Part shown: positions 46,043 to 58,034 of the stretch, in pieces | Numbering within the stretch: position 1 is the stretch's first letter | Layout of the letters: every line of letters starts with the position of its first letter | NCBI GenBank assembly: GCA_963785725.1 | Contig: CAWAWS010000015.1 | Location: 160,001 to 224,000, forward strand | Origin: an uncultured delta proteobacterium | Lineage (GTDB): Bacteria > Myxococcota_A > Polyangia > Palsa-1104 | Length of the DNA: 64,000 bases | Direction of reading: 5' to 3' | Position numbers and translations under genes: made by a program | Notes under the pieces: generated by a model | What the model was told of the DNA's origin: nothing | The model's input: only the letters and a program-made list of their open reading frames with translations | The model's database searches: none

Positions 46043-46054
46043 CGGCACCCGCGC

Positions 46055-46070
46055 TGAGGCTGGCAGCCAC
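46055..46070 (+). promoter_or_regulatory. Putative enhancer box TGAGGCTGGCAGCCAC
   Basis: Identical 16-mer at 55234-55249. Palindromic core GGCTG-N-CAGCC. Confidence 0.65.
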
Positions 46071-46145
46071 ACGGTTGACTGGGAGAAGACACCCCCGACG
46101 ACCCTTCGCGTTTACGTAACTCGGCGTACGACAAAGGTTTGCGAT

Positions 46146-46161
46146 CGGCGCGCGTTTTGCT
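46146..46161 (+). promoter_or_regulatory. Putative sigma54 promoter of the pilin-HINT gene
   Basis: CGGCGCG-CGTT-TTGCT (GG-N10-GC), followed by GGAGG at 46174. Confidence 0.65.
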
Positions 46162-46184
46162 CTTGGGCAAGCCGGAGGGTTTGC

Positions 46185-48056
46185 TTGACCAGATCAACAC
46201 GCATTCGGCGCTCTTCGCGGGGTGCCTCGGGGATCGAATACGTCATCGCGCTGGTGCTCGTCTGCATGACGGTGATCGTCGGCTATCGCGCGTTCGGCAA
46301 GCGCGTCCGCTGCCGCATGGGCCTGGCCACGTCGGCGATGGCGCTCGACGGCAGCAAAGGCGAGAGCTGCGACGACGACGACGGCGCGCTCGCGCAGAAT
46401 GGTCCCTCCGGCAACGGCGGCAACAGCAACGGCCCGGCCGGACCGTCGGTCAGCGTCGAGTGCGAGCCGTGCAAGGTCAAAGGGCCCAACGGCGAGCCAG
46501 GCTGCTTCGTCGCCGGCACCAGCGTCATGACCGAGGCTGGGCCGCGTCCGATCGAGACGATCGCCGTGGGCACGACGGTGTTGACGCGCGATCAGCTCGG
46601 CGGCGAGCTGGAGTGGCGACCGGTCTTGCGCACCTTCGTTCACGACGTGCATGCGCCTCTGGTGCGCCTCACGGTCGCGACCGCCGAAGGCGTCGAGGAC
46701 ACGCTGGTGGCGACCGCCAATCATCCGCTGCAGAGCGACGAGCGCGGCTGGGTCGCCGCGGGCGAGCTGGTGCCCGGCCGCGACCACCTCCTCGATGCCG
46801 ACGGCGAGCGGCTCGCGGTGCTCGACGGCGAGACGCTGTCGAGCAACGAGCGCGTCTACAACTTCGAGGTCGAAGAGGCGCACACCTACTATGTCGGCCG
46901 GCTGCGGGTCTGGGCGCACAACGATTGCACCAAGCTGCAGCCGCCGTCGGCGGACACGAACACCGGACCGACCGTCTTGCCGCCGACGCCGGGGCCGACG
47001 CCGTCTACCACGACGACGCCGCCGCCGTCGACGACGCCGACGACGACGCCGACGCCGTCTACCACGACGACGCCGCCCCCGCCGCCTTCGTCGTCGACCG
47101 GAACGACCGGCGAACGGAACGGGTCGAATCATCAGTATCCGCCGGCGCCGGCCACCACCGGCGGCGGGTCGGGCGGCAACGGTCCCGGCGGCAGTGGCTC
47201 GGCCGGAAGCGGCGGCTCGGGTGGCGGCAAGTCGAGCCCGAGCCAGACGGCTGAGAAGTACACGGGCCTCGGTCAGAACGGCATCGACGTGCTCAACGGC
47301 GGCTTCGACGCGGCGAACAAGGGCGGCAACGTGGTCGGCCAGTCCAGCTCGATCACCCAGGCCATCGGCGGCGGCCTCGGCCTCGCGAATCAGGGGCTCG
47401 GTCTCTACAACCGGCCCAAGCCCAATCCGTTGAACCCCGGCAATCCGCCGCCGCCCATCGACAAGTGGGGCTTGGCGGGCGACGGAATCGCCAACGGCGC
47501 CGACGTCGTCGGCGGCATCAGCGGCGCCGTGGGTGGCTTCACCGGCAACTCGCAGGCGTCGACCATCGGCAGCTGGGCCAGCAGCGTCGGCAACGGCGTG
47601 TCGTCGCTCAACGGATTCCGGCAGGCGTGGAACTCGTGGAACGACGGCGAGCGGCGCGAGTTCATCAAGTATCTGATCGGCGCGACCGCCGACGGGTTCG
47701 GCTCGGCGCAGAACGCCATGCAAGCGCTCGGTCTGGCCGGCACGACGCAGTCCAACCTGCAGATCACGTCCGGCGTCCTCGCGATCATCGCGGCCGGGCT
47801 CGAGCCCGACGGCGTGCTCGCCACCTGGTTCAACAACGGCATGAACGCGTGGCGCGGCAACCAGCCGCCGCCGCCGCCTCCGCCGACGCCGAACCCGGTC
47901 GGGCCGCCGCCGATTTCGCTGACGCCGCCGGACAGCCCGCCGCCGGCGCAGCTGGGACCGCCCGATCCCAACCATCTCCAGCCGCCGCCGGTGAACAACG
48001 ACCCGGGCAACACGCCGCGGCCGCCACCGACGATCATCATCACGCCGCCCAACTAG
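46185..48056 (+). CDS. Flp-type prepilin - HINT autoprocessing domain - Gly/Pro-rich C-terminal cargo (623 aa)
   Basis: TTG start with GGAGG RBS. Basic leader then G|ASGIEY and a hydrophobic helix. HINT from CFVAGT (46503) through T.NHP, GWV.A.EL, VYNFEV..HTYYV to AHN (46922). Confidence 0.88.
   Translation: MTRSTRIRRSSRGASGIEYVIALVLVCMTVIVGYRAFGKRVRCRMGLATSAMALDGSKGESCDDDDGALAQNGPSGNGGNSNGPAGPSVSVECEPCKVKGPNGEPGCFVAGTSVMTEAGPRPIETIAVGTTVLTRDQLGGELEWRPVLRTFVHDVHAPLVRLTVATAEGVEDTLVATANHPLQSDERGWVAAGELVPGRDHLLDADGERLAVLDGETLSSNERVYNFEVEEAHTYYVGRLRVWAHNDCTKLQPPSADTNTGPTVLPPTPGPTPSTTTTPPPSTTPTTTPTPSTTTTPPPPPSSSTGTTGERNGSNHQYPPAPATTGGGSGGNGPGGSGSAGSGGSGGGKSSPSQTAEKYTGLGQNGIDVLNGGFDAANKGGNVVGQSSSITQAIGGGLGLANQGLGLYNRPKPNPLNPGNPPPPIDKWGLAGDGIANGADVVGGISGAVGGFTGNSQASTIGSWASSVGNGVSSLNGFRQAWNSWNDGERREFIKYLIGATADGFGSAQNAMQALGLAGTTQSNLQITSGVLAIIAAGLEPDGVLATWFNNGMNAWRGNQPPPPPPPTPNPVGPPPISLTPPDSPPPAQLGPPDPNHLQPPPVNNDPGNTPRPPPTIIITPPN
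46994..47077 (+). repeat. 30-bp direct repeat (54-bp period) encoding the Pro/Thr linker
   Basis: GCCGACGCCGTCTACCACGACGACGCCGCC at 46994 and 47048. Confidence 0.8.
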
Positions 48057-48129
48057 ATCTCATGCCGGCCGGAACGCGCGCAAGGCACGCGTTGACAGTC
48101 GCACGCCTTCGCGATCACACTTGGGTCAC

Positions 48130-49482
<1,353 letters not shown>

Positions 49483-49540
49483 ATCGGCTGACGCGTCCGC
49501 CGTCGCGCGCGCCCTGCGGCGCAAGTAAACGGGTGTTTAC

Positions 49541-50999
49541 TTAGGCCAGCGGCTCGTGGCCGAACAGGCGCAACAGCCAGTGCAGCCAGCGCGGCCAGCG
49601 GCTCGGTGGCGCGCGTCGCGACAACACCGTCACCTGCGGCTCGAGCGGCCGGCTGCTGCGTGGCGCGTCGATGCGCGTCGGCTCGGCCTCGTCGTGCATC
49701 CCGATGTCGTCGAGCTTGGGCGGCGCGCCGAAGCCGAGCGGCGGCCCCGGCTCGTGCAGCGGCGACGGCTCGCCCGTGACCGTCGGCTCGTACTCGGTGC
49801 CGAGCGGCGGCGCCTCTTGAATCATGCTCAGCTCGAAGCGCATCGCGTCGTTGTCCTTCGACGGATCGATCGGGAGCGCCGGCTGCGATGATCGAGTGAT
49901 CGGCGGTCTCTTCGTCCTGCAGCAGCTGCGGCTCTTCAGTGTCGCTGTTGTACGTGCCCGAGCGGTCGGCGTCGTGGCGCTTCTCGAGCTCGTCGAGCAC
50001 GAAGCCGGTGAACGCCTCGCCGCCCGAGTGCTGCGCCGCGCGCCAGGCGTCGACCGTGAGCGCGAACAGCTCGCGCATGTAGCGCGCCAGCCCGACCGGC
50101 GACACCGGCAGCTTCTGCTCGCGCGCGAACGACTCCAGCGCCAGCTGCAGCTCTTCGGCGGTCTGAAAGCGATCTTCGACGCGCAGGCTCAAGCCCTTCA
50201 TCAAGATCGCCTCTAACGCTGGCGGATAATCGGGCTCGATGCTGCTCGGCTTGGGCACGTCGGCGTTGGCGACGGCCTTCAAGAGGCCGAGCGGGCTCTT
50301 GGGATCGAAGAGGCGGCGGCCCAACGTCAATTCCCACAAGACGATCGAGACCGAGAAGACGTCGGAGCGGCGATCGATGGCGCCACCCAAGCACTGCTCG
50401 GGCGACATATAGGGGATCTTGCCTTTGATGGTGCGGTTGCGCGTCTCGATGAGGCGGCGCGCGGCCTTGGCGATGCCGAAGTCGACGACTTTGACGCTGC
50501 CGTCGTACGTGACCGAGATGTTGTGCGGCGAGATGTCGCGATGGACGATGTAAAGCGGCTGCCCGTCGAGCGCGACCCGTTCGTGCGCATAATGCAGGCC
50601 GGCGCACATGCCGAGCCCGATCGACAGCGCGTGCTCGAGCGGGATGCGCACGTTCTTGGCCTGCGCGTGCTTCATCAGGCGCGCGACGTCTTCGCCGTGG
50701 AGGTACTCCATGGCGATGTAGTAGCCGCCGTAATCCTCACCGAAGTCGTAGGTCTGCACGATGTTGGCGTGCTGCAGCGTCGCCGCCAGCCGCGCCTCGT
50801 CGAGGAACATGGCGATGTACTTTTGATACGTCGCCAGCTGCGGCCGCACGCGCTTGATGACCACGAGCCGCTCGATGCCGACGAGACCGGTGGCGCGCGC
50901 CAAGAACAGCTCGGCCATGCCGCCTTGGGCCAACGGCCGCAGAACTTCGTACTTGCCGATACGGGCCGGCACCGTCGACTGACCGGTGGTCACCGTCAC
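49541..50999 (-). CDS. Ser/Thr protein kinase (probable frameshift near 49860)
   Basis: GGMAEL, IKRVRP, HANIV, HRDISPHN, DFGIAK, GKIPYMSPE, DRRSDVF. The acidic Thr-containing tail continues in the 49541-49843 frame. Confidence 0.9.
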
Positions 51000-51151
51000 G
51001 TCGCTCGCGCCTGCAAACTACTTTGAGTACCAACCCTAAGCATTGCTGGACACAGAATGTACTACTCGGCTTCGGGCTGCGGCAAGGGGACGCGTCTGAA
51101 AGTGCTAGCGGGAGTAGGGGTTCGTACGGATAGCGAGAAGACGCGACTGGG

Positions 51152-51385
51152 TCAGTGCGACTGGCTGCAGACGAGGCCGATGCAGCCGTCGTCGGCAGGC
51201 TTGAGCTGCGTGTTGCTCGAGCCGGTGCATTCGGACGCGTGGTCGCCCGCCGCCATCTTGCAGCGCGCGATGCGGCCGAACTCGTAGACGACCTTCAAGC
51301 CGGCGATGGCGATGAACATGACGACGATGATCCACTCGACGGCGGCGGCGCCGCGCGTGCGGGCACGGAGCTGATGACGGGCCAT
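51152..51385 (-). CDS. Flp-like minor pilin with four Cys (77 aa)
   Basis: MARHQLRARTRG|AAAVEW, hydrophobic helix, then FGRIARCKM. GGAGG RBS. Confidence 0.75.
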   Translation of the reverse strand: MARHQLRARTRGAAAVEWIIVVMFIAIAGLKVVYEFGRIARCKMAAGDHASECTGSSNTQLKPADDGCIGLVCSQSH

Positions 51386-51387
51386 GC

Positions 51388-52266
51388 TCAACCTCCCTTG
51401 GCGATGACGGCCAGGTCGACTTTCATGGGGTCGACTTGATCGATCGAGAGGATGACGGTGCGCGCGCCCTGGTCGAAGCGCATGGTGACGCTGGCGTTGG
51501 AGCTCTTGGCGAAGCGCGGATCCTCGACCCAGTCGTGCTGCTTCATGGCGAACGCCAGCTGCGTCGCGACGCCCGAGACCGAGCCCTGTCCTTCGTAGAC
51601 GCGCGTGCTCCACGGCTTGCCCTTCTCGTCGAGCGCCAACACACGCTGCAGACCGGGGAGGCGCGGCACGTTGGGGATGTCGCCGCCGTCGACGTCGACG
51701 CCGTGCGGCGGCATCAGCTTGTCGAGCGAGAAGCGCGTGTCGGTCCACAGCGTCAAAAAGCGCGTGCCGCCGCCCGGCTCTTTGTGCCACTGGACGAAGC
51801 GGACTTGGCCGATGTCGCCGATGCGATGGCTCTTCAAGAACTTGAGGTAGCGATCTTTCAAGCTCGCCAGTGACAAGTCTTTGCCGAAGTCGAAGGCCAC
51901 GAGGCCGCCTTCGTCGTCGGTGCCGAAGGCCAGCTCGGTCGGCGGCGCCTTCTTGCCCGTCTGCGCCGCGATCTTCCGCAGCGCGTCCTGCGAGCTCGCA
52001 TATTGATCGACGTAGAAGTCTTTGACGCGCGCGCCTTGGTGCGGCGTCGAGCCCACGGCCACGTGCAAGAGCTGACCGTTGATGGCGACGGTGCGCGGCT
52101 CTTCGGTGGTGCGCTTGTCGTCGAGATAGGGCGCCATGTTCTTGCCGAAGTTCAGAAAGCCGTCGAACACCGAGCCTTCGGCGGGGCGCGGCGTCAAGAC
52201 GAGCGCGGCGATGGGCGCGACCGCCGCGATGAACGTCGTCAAACGCAAGATCGGCTTCCACCTCAC
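51388..52266 (-). CDS. Uncharacterised exported protein in the pilin operon
   Basis: Signal peptide, globular composition, translationally coupled to its neighbours. Confidence 0.75.
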   Translation of the reverse strand: MRWKPILRLTTFIAAVAPIAALVLTPRPAEGSVFDGFLNFGKNMAPYLDDKRTTEEPRTVAINGQLLHVAVGSTPHQGARVKDFYVDQYASSQDALRKIAAQTGKKAPPTELAFGTDDEGGLVAFDFGKDLSLASLKDRYLKFLKSHRIGDIGQVRFVQWHKEPGGGTRFLTLWTDTRFSLDKLMPPHGVDVDGGDIPNVPRLPGLQRVLALDEKGKPWSTRVYEGQGSVSGVATQLAFAMKQHDWVEDPRFAKSSNASVTMRFDQGARTVILSIDQVDPMKVDLAVIAKGG

Positions 52267-52772
52267 GGCTGCACCTCCAGCTCTTTGAACGCGAACGGCG
52301 TCATGACGTCGAGCAGCGAGCTGTCGGGCGTCGGCAGCTTGTCATTGCAGTGCAAGAACGTGCGGCCGGCGATCTCCTTCGACGTAAAGCCGTAGCCGCC
52401 TTGCTCTTTGGCGGCGGTGCGGCCGACGCGCGCGTCGATGCTCGACGTCGCCTCGAGGAACGAGCCGCGCGCCGCTTCCGGCAAGATGAGGTACGCGGCC
52501 ATCGTCTCGTCGCCGAGCGTGCCCAAGGAGGCGAGCGTCGCCGCCGAGATCGCGCTCGGCACCATCGTCGTGTCGCACTGACCCGACGTCGCGTGCGCCC
52601 AGGCTTCGGTGCGCGACTCGTGCAGGACCTGCTGCGCCATCAAATACTGAATGCGAAAGTGGTTGATGGCGGCCCACGTGAAGATGAGCAGCGGGCAGAT
52701 GATGGCCAGCTCGACCATGGCCGTGCCGCGTTGCCGGCGATTGCGAGACCGTCGCGCGCGTGTCGTCGTCAT
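52263..52772 (-). CDS. tadE: TadE/TadF-like pseudopilin
   Basis: RRQRG|TAMVELAIICPLL. ATG overlaps the upstream stop. Confidence 0.75.
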   Translation of the reverse strand: MTTTRARRSRNRRQRGTAMVELAIICPLLIFTWAAINHFRIQYLMAQQVLHESRTEAWAHATSGQCDTTMVPSAISAATLASLGTLGDETMAAYLILPEAARGSFLEATSSIDARVGRTAAKEQGGYGFTSKEIAGRTFLHCNDKLPTPDSSLLDVMTPFAFKELEVQP

Positions 52773-53932
52773 TAGTGGATCCACACTTTGTCGAGGATGG
52801 CGTTCAACGGGCCGGCGGTGAGGAACTTGAGCGGACCGAAGTCTTTGGCCTGCGACAGGATGAGGCGCGCGCGCCAGTCCATGTGCCACAGGTCTTCTTC
52901 TTTGCTGCCGCCGTAGCCGTAGACGCTCGCCTCCGACGTCGCCAGCATCCACTTGGCCGTCGCTTCCGGCGCGTCGCCGTACTGCGAAGCGGCGGCGACG
53001 AGATAGGCGCGGCGATCGTCGGGCTTGGAGTCGTCGAGGAAGCTGACGGCCTTGATGCGCGCCGTCGTCTGCCAATCGGGCGTGAGGATCTGCGGGATGA
53101 CGCCGTATTCGCCGCCGCAGGTCTCGGCCGCGCCGATGGCCAACGCCGCCGGCGACAGGCCGGCGATGATGAGCTTGCCCTCCGGCGGAATCTCCTTCGG
53201 CAGCTGCAAGAGGCCGATGGGGCCGAACGCCAAGCCGTACTCCTCTTTCTGCGGCGACGGGCCGCACACTTGATTGGGCGCGCCGTCCATCGCCGGAATC
53301 ACGGGCTTAATCGGATCGAGCACGGTGACGAGGCCCGGCAAGCGCTTGGCGTAGGCGTCATTCATGCTGACCTCTTCGGCCTCGACGGCGACGAGGATGG
53401 CGCCGGTCTTCTCGAGCTCCTTGGCGGCGTTGGCGATGGTCTTGATGCGACCGGCGAGCTCGCTGGCGGCGGCCTCGTAGCGCGCGGCGATCTCCTCGGC
53501 GATGCCCGAGTCGACGATGGCGCAGTCGGGCGCGTCGCCGATGCAGTAGGTGCCGAGCGACGCGGCCTCGAGCGTGCCGATGGCGGCGATGAAGCCGATG
53601 ATGGCGCCGCCGAGCCCGTTGAGCGTGTAGACCATGGCCATGCCGCAGGCGACGGCGAGGTTGCACCACGCGATCGAGTTCAGCGTCTTGGCCTCGGCGG
53701 CGGCGCCGGCGAAGGCGGCCGCGTCGACCGCGGCCTGGATGGTCTCCTTCTGCATGTAGCGGCGGCCGACGGCGATGACGAAGAACACCAGCGCCGAGAC
53801 GAAGAGCATGCAGACGGCGTAGAGGATAGCCACGTGGCCGCGCTCGTCGCGGTGCAAGCGCACGAACAGGCGCTTCGTGACGCGGCTGCGCAGCCGACCG
53901 AGGAATCCCGACGTCGAAGGTTTGGCGCGCAT
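52772..53932 (-). CDS. tadG: TadG-like pseudopilin (Tad N-terminal domain)
   Basis: DERG|HVAILY, TM, then VGR....IQAAVDAAAFAGA. Confidence 0.8.
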   Translation of the reverse strand: MRAKPSTSGFLGRLRSRVTKRLFVRLHRDERGHVAILYAVCMLFVSALVFFVIAVGRRYMQKETIQAAVDAAAFAGAAAEAKTLNSIAWCNLAVACGMAMVYTLNGLGGAIIGFIAAIGTLEAASLGTYCIGDAPDCAIVDSGIAEEIAARYEAAASELAGRIKTIANAAKELEKTGAILVAVEAEEVSMNDAYAKRLPGLVTVLDPIKPVIPAMDGAPNQVCGPSPQKEEYGLAFGPIGLLQLPKEIPPEGKLIIAGLSPAALAIGAAETCGGEYGVIPQILTPDWQTTARIKAVSFLDDSKPDDRRAYLVAAASQYGDAPEATAKWMLATSEASVYGYGGSKEEDLWHMDWRARLILSQAKDFGPLKFLTAGPLNAILDKVWIH

Positions 53933-53933
53933 G

Positions 53934-54533
53934 TCAGATGATCTTCCGCGGGTTGAGCTCGGGGTTCGGTCGGCCCTGTTTCGTCAGCGTGTGCTGCGCG
54001 CGCAAAATCAGATAGCGACCGTCGCCGGGCGTGATGTTCGCTTTGTGCAAATCTTCCTGCGCCGCCGACGGCAGGTCGCTGATCGGCCCGCAGAAGTAGC
54101 GGCTCGCGATGGGCACCGTGCAGTGATAGGCGTAGACGACGCGCACGGTGATCTGCGCGTCGTACTGGTCGGTGCCGAAGCGGCTCTCGGAGATGATGAC
54201 GCCGGTGTTCTTCGACGCCTCGGCCCAGCCGCCGCCCTTGCCGAACGAGTCGGCGATGGAGTTGCCTTGCGGCGCGATCGGCAAGATGGCGTAGACGGCG
54301 GCGTCGCGGATCGACTCGTTGTGCGCTTGATGGCCGTTCTCCTCTTCGTCGGGCACGACGACGATGGCGGCGCGCGCCGCGGCTTGCGCCGCGTAGTGCA
54401 CCGTCAGCTTCGCCACCGATAGCAGCGCGAGCTGAATGACGCCCGTGAAGATCATCATGAACGGGATGATGGCGATGACGAATTCGACCGCCACCATACC
54501 GCGCGGTCGTGCAGCACTACGCAGGCGTCGCAT
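53934..54533 (-). CDS. tadE: TadE-like pseudopilin
   Basis: RG|MVAVEF..IPF...YAAQAAARAA. Confidence 0.85.
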   Translation of the reverse strand: MRRLRSAARPRGMVAVEFVIAIIPFMMIFTGVIQLALLSVAKLTVHYAAQAAARAAIVVVPDEEENGHQAHNESIRDAAVYAILPIAPQGNSIADSFGKGGGWAEASKNTGVIISESRFGTDQYDAQITVRVVYAYHCTVPIASRYFCGPISDLPSAAQEDLHKANITPGDGRYLILRAQHTLTKQGRPNPELNPRKII

Positions 54534-54607
54534 GGGCGGCTCCGTTCCGAAGGCGCGACGGTCTCCCGTCGCGCCTTCGTGGCGAGCGTACGGTTGCTGG
54601 CTCGTTG

Positions 54608-54826
54608 TTACTCGAGGACCTGAACCGACGTGAAGTGCTGGTCGGCCGACGAGACGGCGCCCTTGAACTTCGAGCCGAACGCCTTGAACACGGCGATGCC
54701 GGTGATGGCGATGAAGATGAGGACGATGATGTACTCGACCGAGCTCGCACCCTTCTGCTTGTTGAGCTTGCGGGCGATCTTCTTCATCGAGCGGTTCTCC
54801 ATCTTGGCGAGCGCGAGGGTCTTCAT
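54608..54826 (-). CDS. flp: Flp family major pilin (72 aa)
   Basis: KQKG|ASSVEY, hydrophobic helix, FG. AGGAG RBS. Confidence 0.88.
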   Translation of the reverse strand: MKTLALAKMENRSMKKIARKLNKQKGASSVEYIIVLIFIAITGIAVFKAFGSKFKGAVSSADQHFTSVQVLE

Positions 54827-54852
54827 GGTCGTTTCTCCTGGTTGTGTGAAAT

Positions 54853-55032
54853 TCACGGTAAGGGCAGCTCGGTCATGAACTCGATCCGATCGTGATACCC
54901 GAGCAAGTACCGACCGAGCGGGGCCAGCGCGATGCAGGCTCCGAACGTGACCAGCGTGAGGATGATCAGCCACTCCAACATGGCCGTCCCCCTCTGCCGC
55001 TCTCGCGTTCGAATCCGACCGAGCCGTTTCAT
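54853..55032 (-). CDS. Flp-like small pilin (59 aa)
   Basis: RQRG|TAMLEW followed by a hydrophobic helix. Confidence 0.72.
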   Translation of the reverse strand: MKRLGRIRTRERQRGTAMLEWLIILTLVTFGACIALAPLGRYLLGYHDRIEFMTELPLP

Positions 55033-55045
55033 GTTCCCTGGCCTT

Positions 55046-55061
55046 ATCAAGTCCGATGCCA
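55046..55061 (-). promoter_or_regulatory. Putative sigma54 promoter of the pilin operon
   Basis: TGGCATC-GGAC-TTGAT on the minus strand. Confidence 0.55.
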
Positions 55062-55138
55062 AGTCGAATCTCCGCGGCTGCCGTGAAAGCGGGGTGAAAA
55101 TGGGCCCGATTTCGCCCGAATTTCGAGAGACTCGCGAT

Positions 55139-55264
55139 GGGGTTTTTCCCCCTCGGGCCCGAGGCTGGCAGCCTCGGGGCCGTTTGCGGATGCGCTTGCG
55201 CGGCAAGGGCCCGGGGGATTTCCCCCTCGACCATGAGGCTGGCAGCCACCCGAGACTGCCAGCC
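55139..55264. repeat. Two 35-bp imperfect direct repeats (74-bp period), each ending in GAGGCTGGCAGCC, plus an inverted half site
   Basis: GGGGTTTTTCCCCCTCG-GGCCC-GAGGCTGGCAGCC (55139) and GGGGGATTTCCCCCTCG-ACCAT-GAGGCTGGCAGCC (55213). CTGCCAGCC at 55256. Confidence 0.8.
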
Positions 55265-55334
55265 CCGTGCCGGAACTCCGCGCGGGACGTGGACCTCGCG
55301 GTCGAAGCCGCATCACGGACCGCTACATAGATAG

Positions 55335-55350
55335 TGGCCCCTCTCTTGTA
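55335..55350 (+). promoter_or_regulatory. Putative sigma54 promoter of the cpaB operon
   Basis: TGGCCCC-TCTC-TTGTA (variant -12). Confidence 0.45.
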
Positions 55351-55400
55351 TTGGCACTCGAGCCAACGGAGCGCGGCAACGGCCGCGAAGTGTGGGGACC

Positions 55401-56176
55401 ATGAAGAAGCGTCTATTGATTGCCGTCGCCTTTGCGATCGTCTCGATGGTGTGCGGCTACATGTATATCGACGGCCTCGGGGCCGCGACCACCGGCGGCC
55501 GCAAGGTGCCGGTGCTGGTGGCGGCGGCGGAGATTCCGGCCGGCTCGCGCATCACGAAGGAGATGCTCGGGGTGCGCGAGATCCCCGAAGCCTACGTCCA
55601 TCCCGAGTCGATCACGGCCGGGCCGGCGGAAGAGGCGCGGCTCATCGGCCGGCCGCTCTTCGCCAAGCTCGCGCAAGGGCAGCCACTTTTATGGAGCGGC
55701 TTCGATGTGCAGAAGGCTGGGCCGCAGAAGCTGTCGGCCGGCATTCCGCGCCACAAGCGCGCGCTCACGCTGCCCATCGATCTGCAGGGCGGCTTCTCGG
55801 GCATGTTGCGCTCGGGCGACCACATCGACGTGCTCGGCACCTTCACCCAGGCGGCCAACCAGTCGCAGACGGTGACGCTGCTGCAGAACCTGGCGGTCTT
55901 GGCCGTGGGCGACATGCGCGGTGATGCCGAGGGGCCGACGCGCGGCTTCAACAGCGTCACCCTGGCCGTCGACCTCGACGAAGCCGAGCTGCTCGTGTTC
56001 GCGCAGCAGCGTGGCGCGCTCAGCTACGCCTTGCGCTCGGAAGGCGACTTCGAGACGGTGGCCGACATCACCGAGAAGAGCTTCGGCGACGTGCTCGACG
56101 TGCATCGCCGCCAGGCCGAGTACAAGCGCAACGCGGCTCCGTCGGCGGCGCCTGCCGCTCCGCGAGCGGGTGGCCA

Positions 56177-56180
<4 letters not shown>
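55401..56180 (+). CDS. cpaB: Flp pilus assembly protein CpaB/RcpC
   Basis: TM, SAF domain VLVAA.EIPAG, RALTLPI, GDHIDVL, LLQNLAVLAV, VTLAV, ALRS. Confidence 0.93.
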
Positions 56181-57946
<1,766 letters not shown>

Positions 57947-58034
57947 GCGAGCGTAAGCGAGAGAACGTGAGCGTCCGGCCCGTAGGGCCAGCGGGTCGAC
58001 TGGCTTGTTCACGCTGCACCGACAAGGTGCACCG

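Noticed and set aside
45381..46184. N-terminal extension of the 891-aa ORF
   Set aside because: Arg/Pro-rich off-frame read-through overlapping the kinase gene. RBS, promoter and prepilin leader place the start at 46185.
46503..46922. Classical selfish intein
   Set aside because: No homing endonuclease, not inserted in a conserved enzyme, and the +1 residue is Asp. It fits a toxin-type HINT/BIL domain.
48057..48129. Immunity gene after the pilin-HINT gene
   Set aside because: Only 73 nt, no credible ORF, and it contains a TTGACA that may belong to the activator's promoter.
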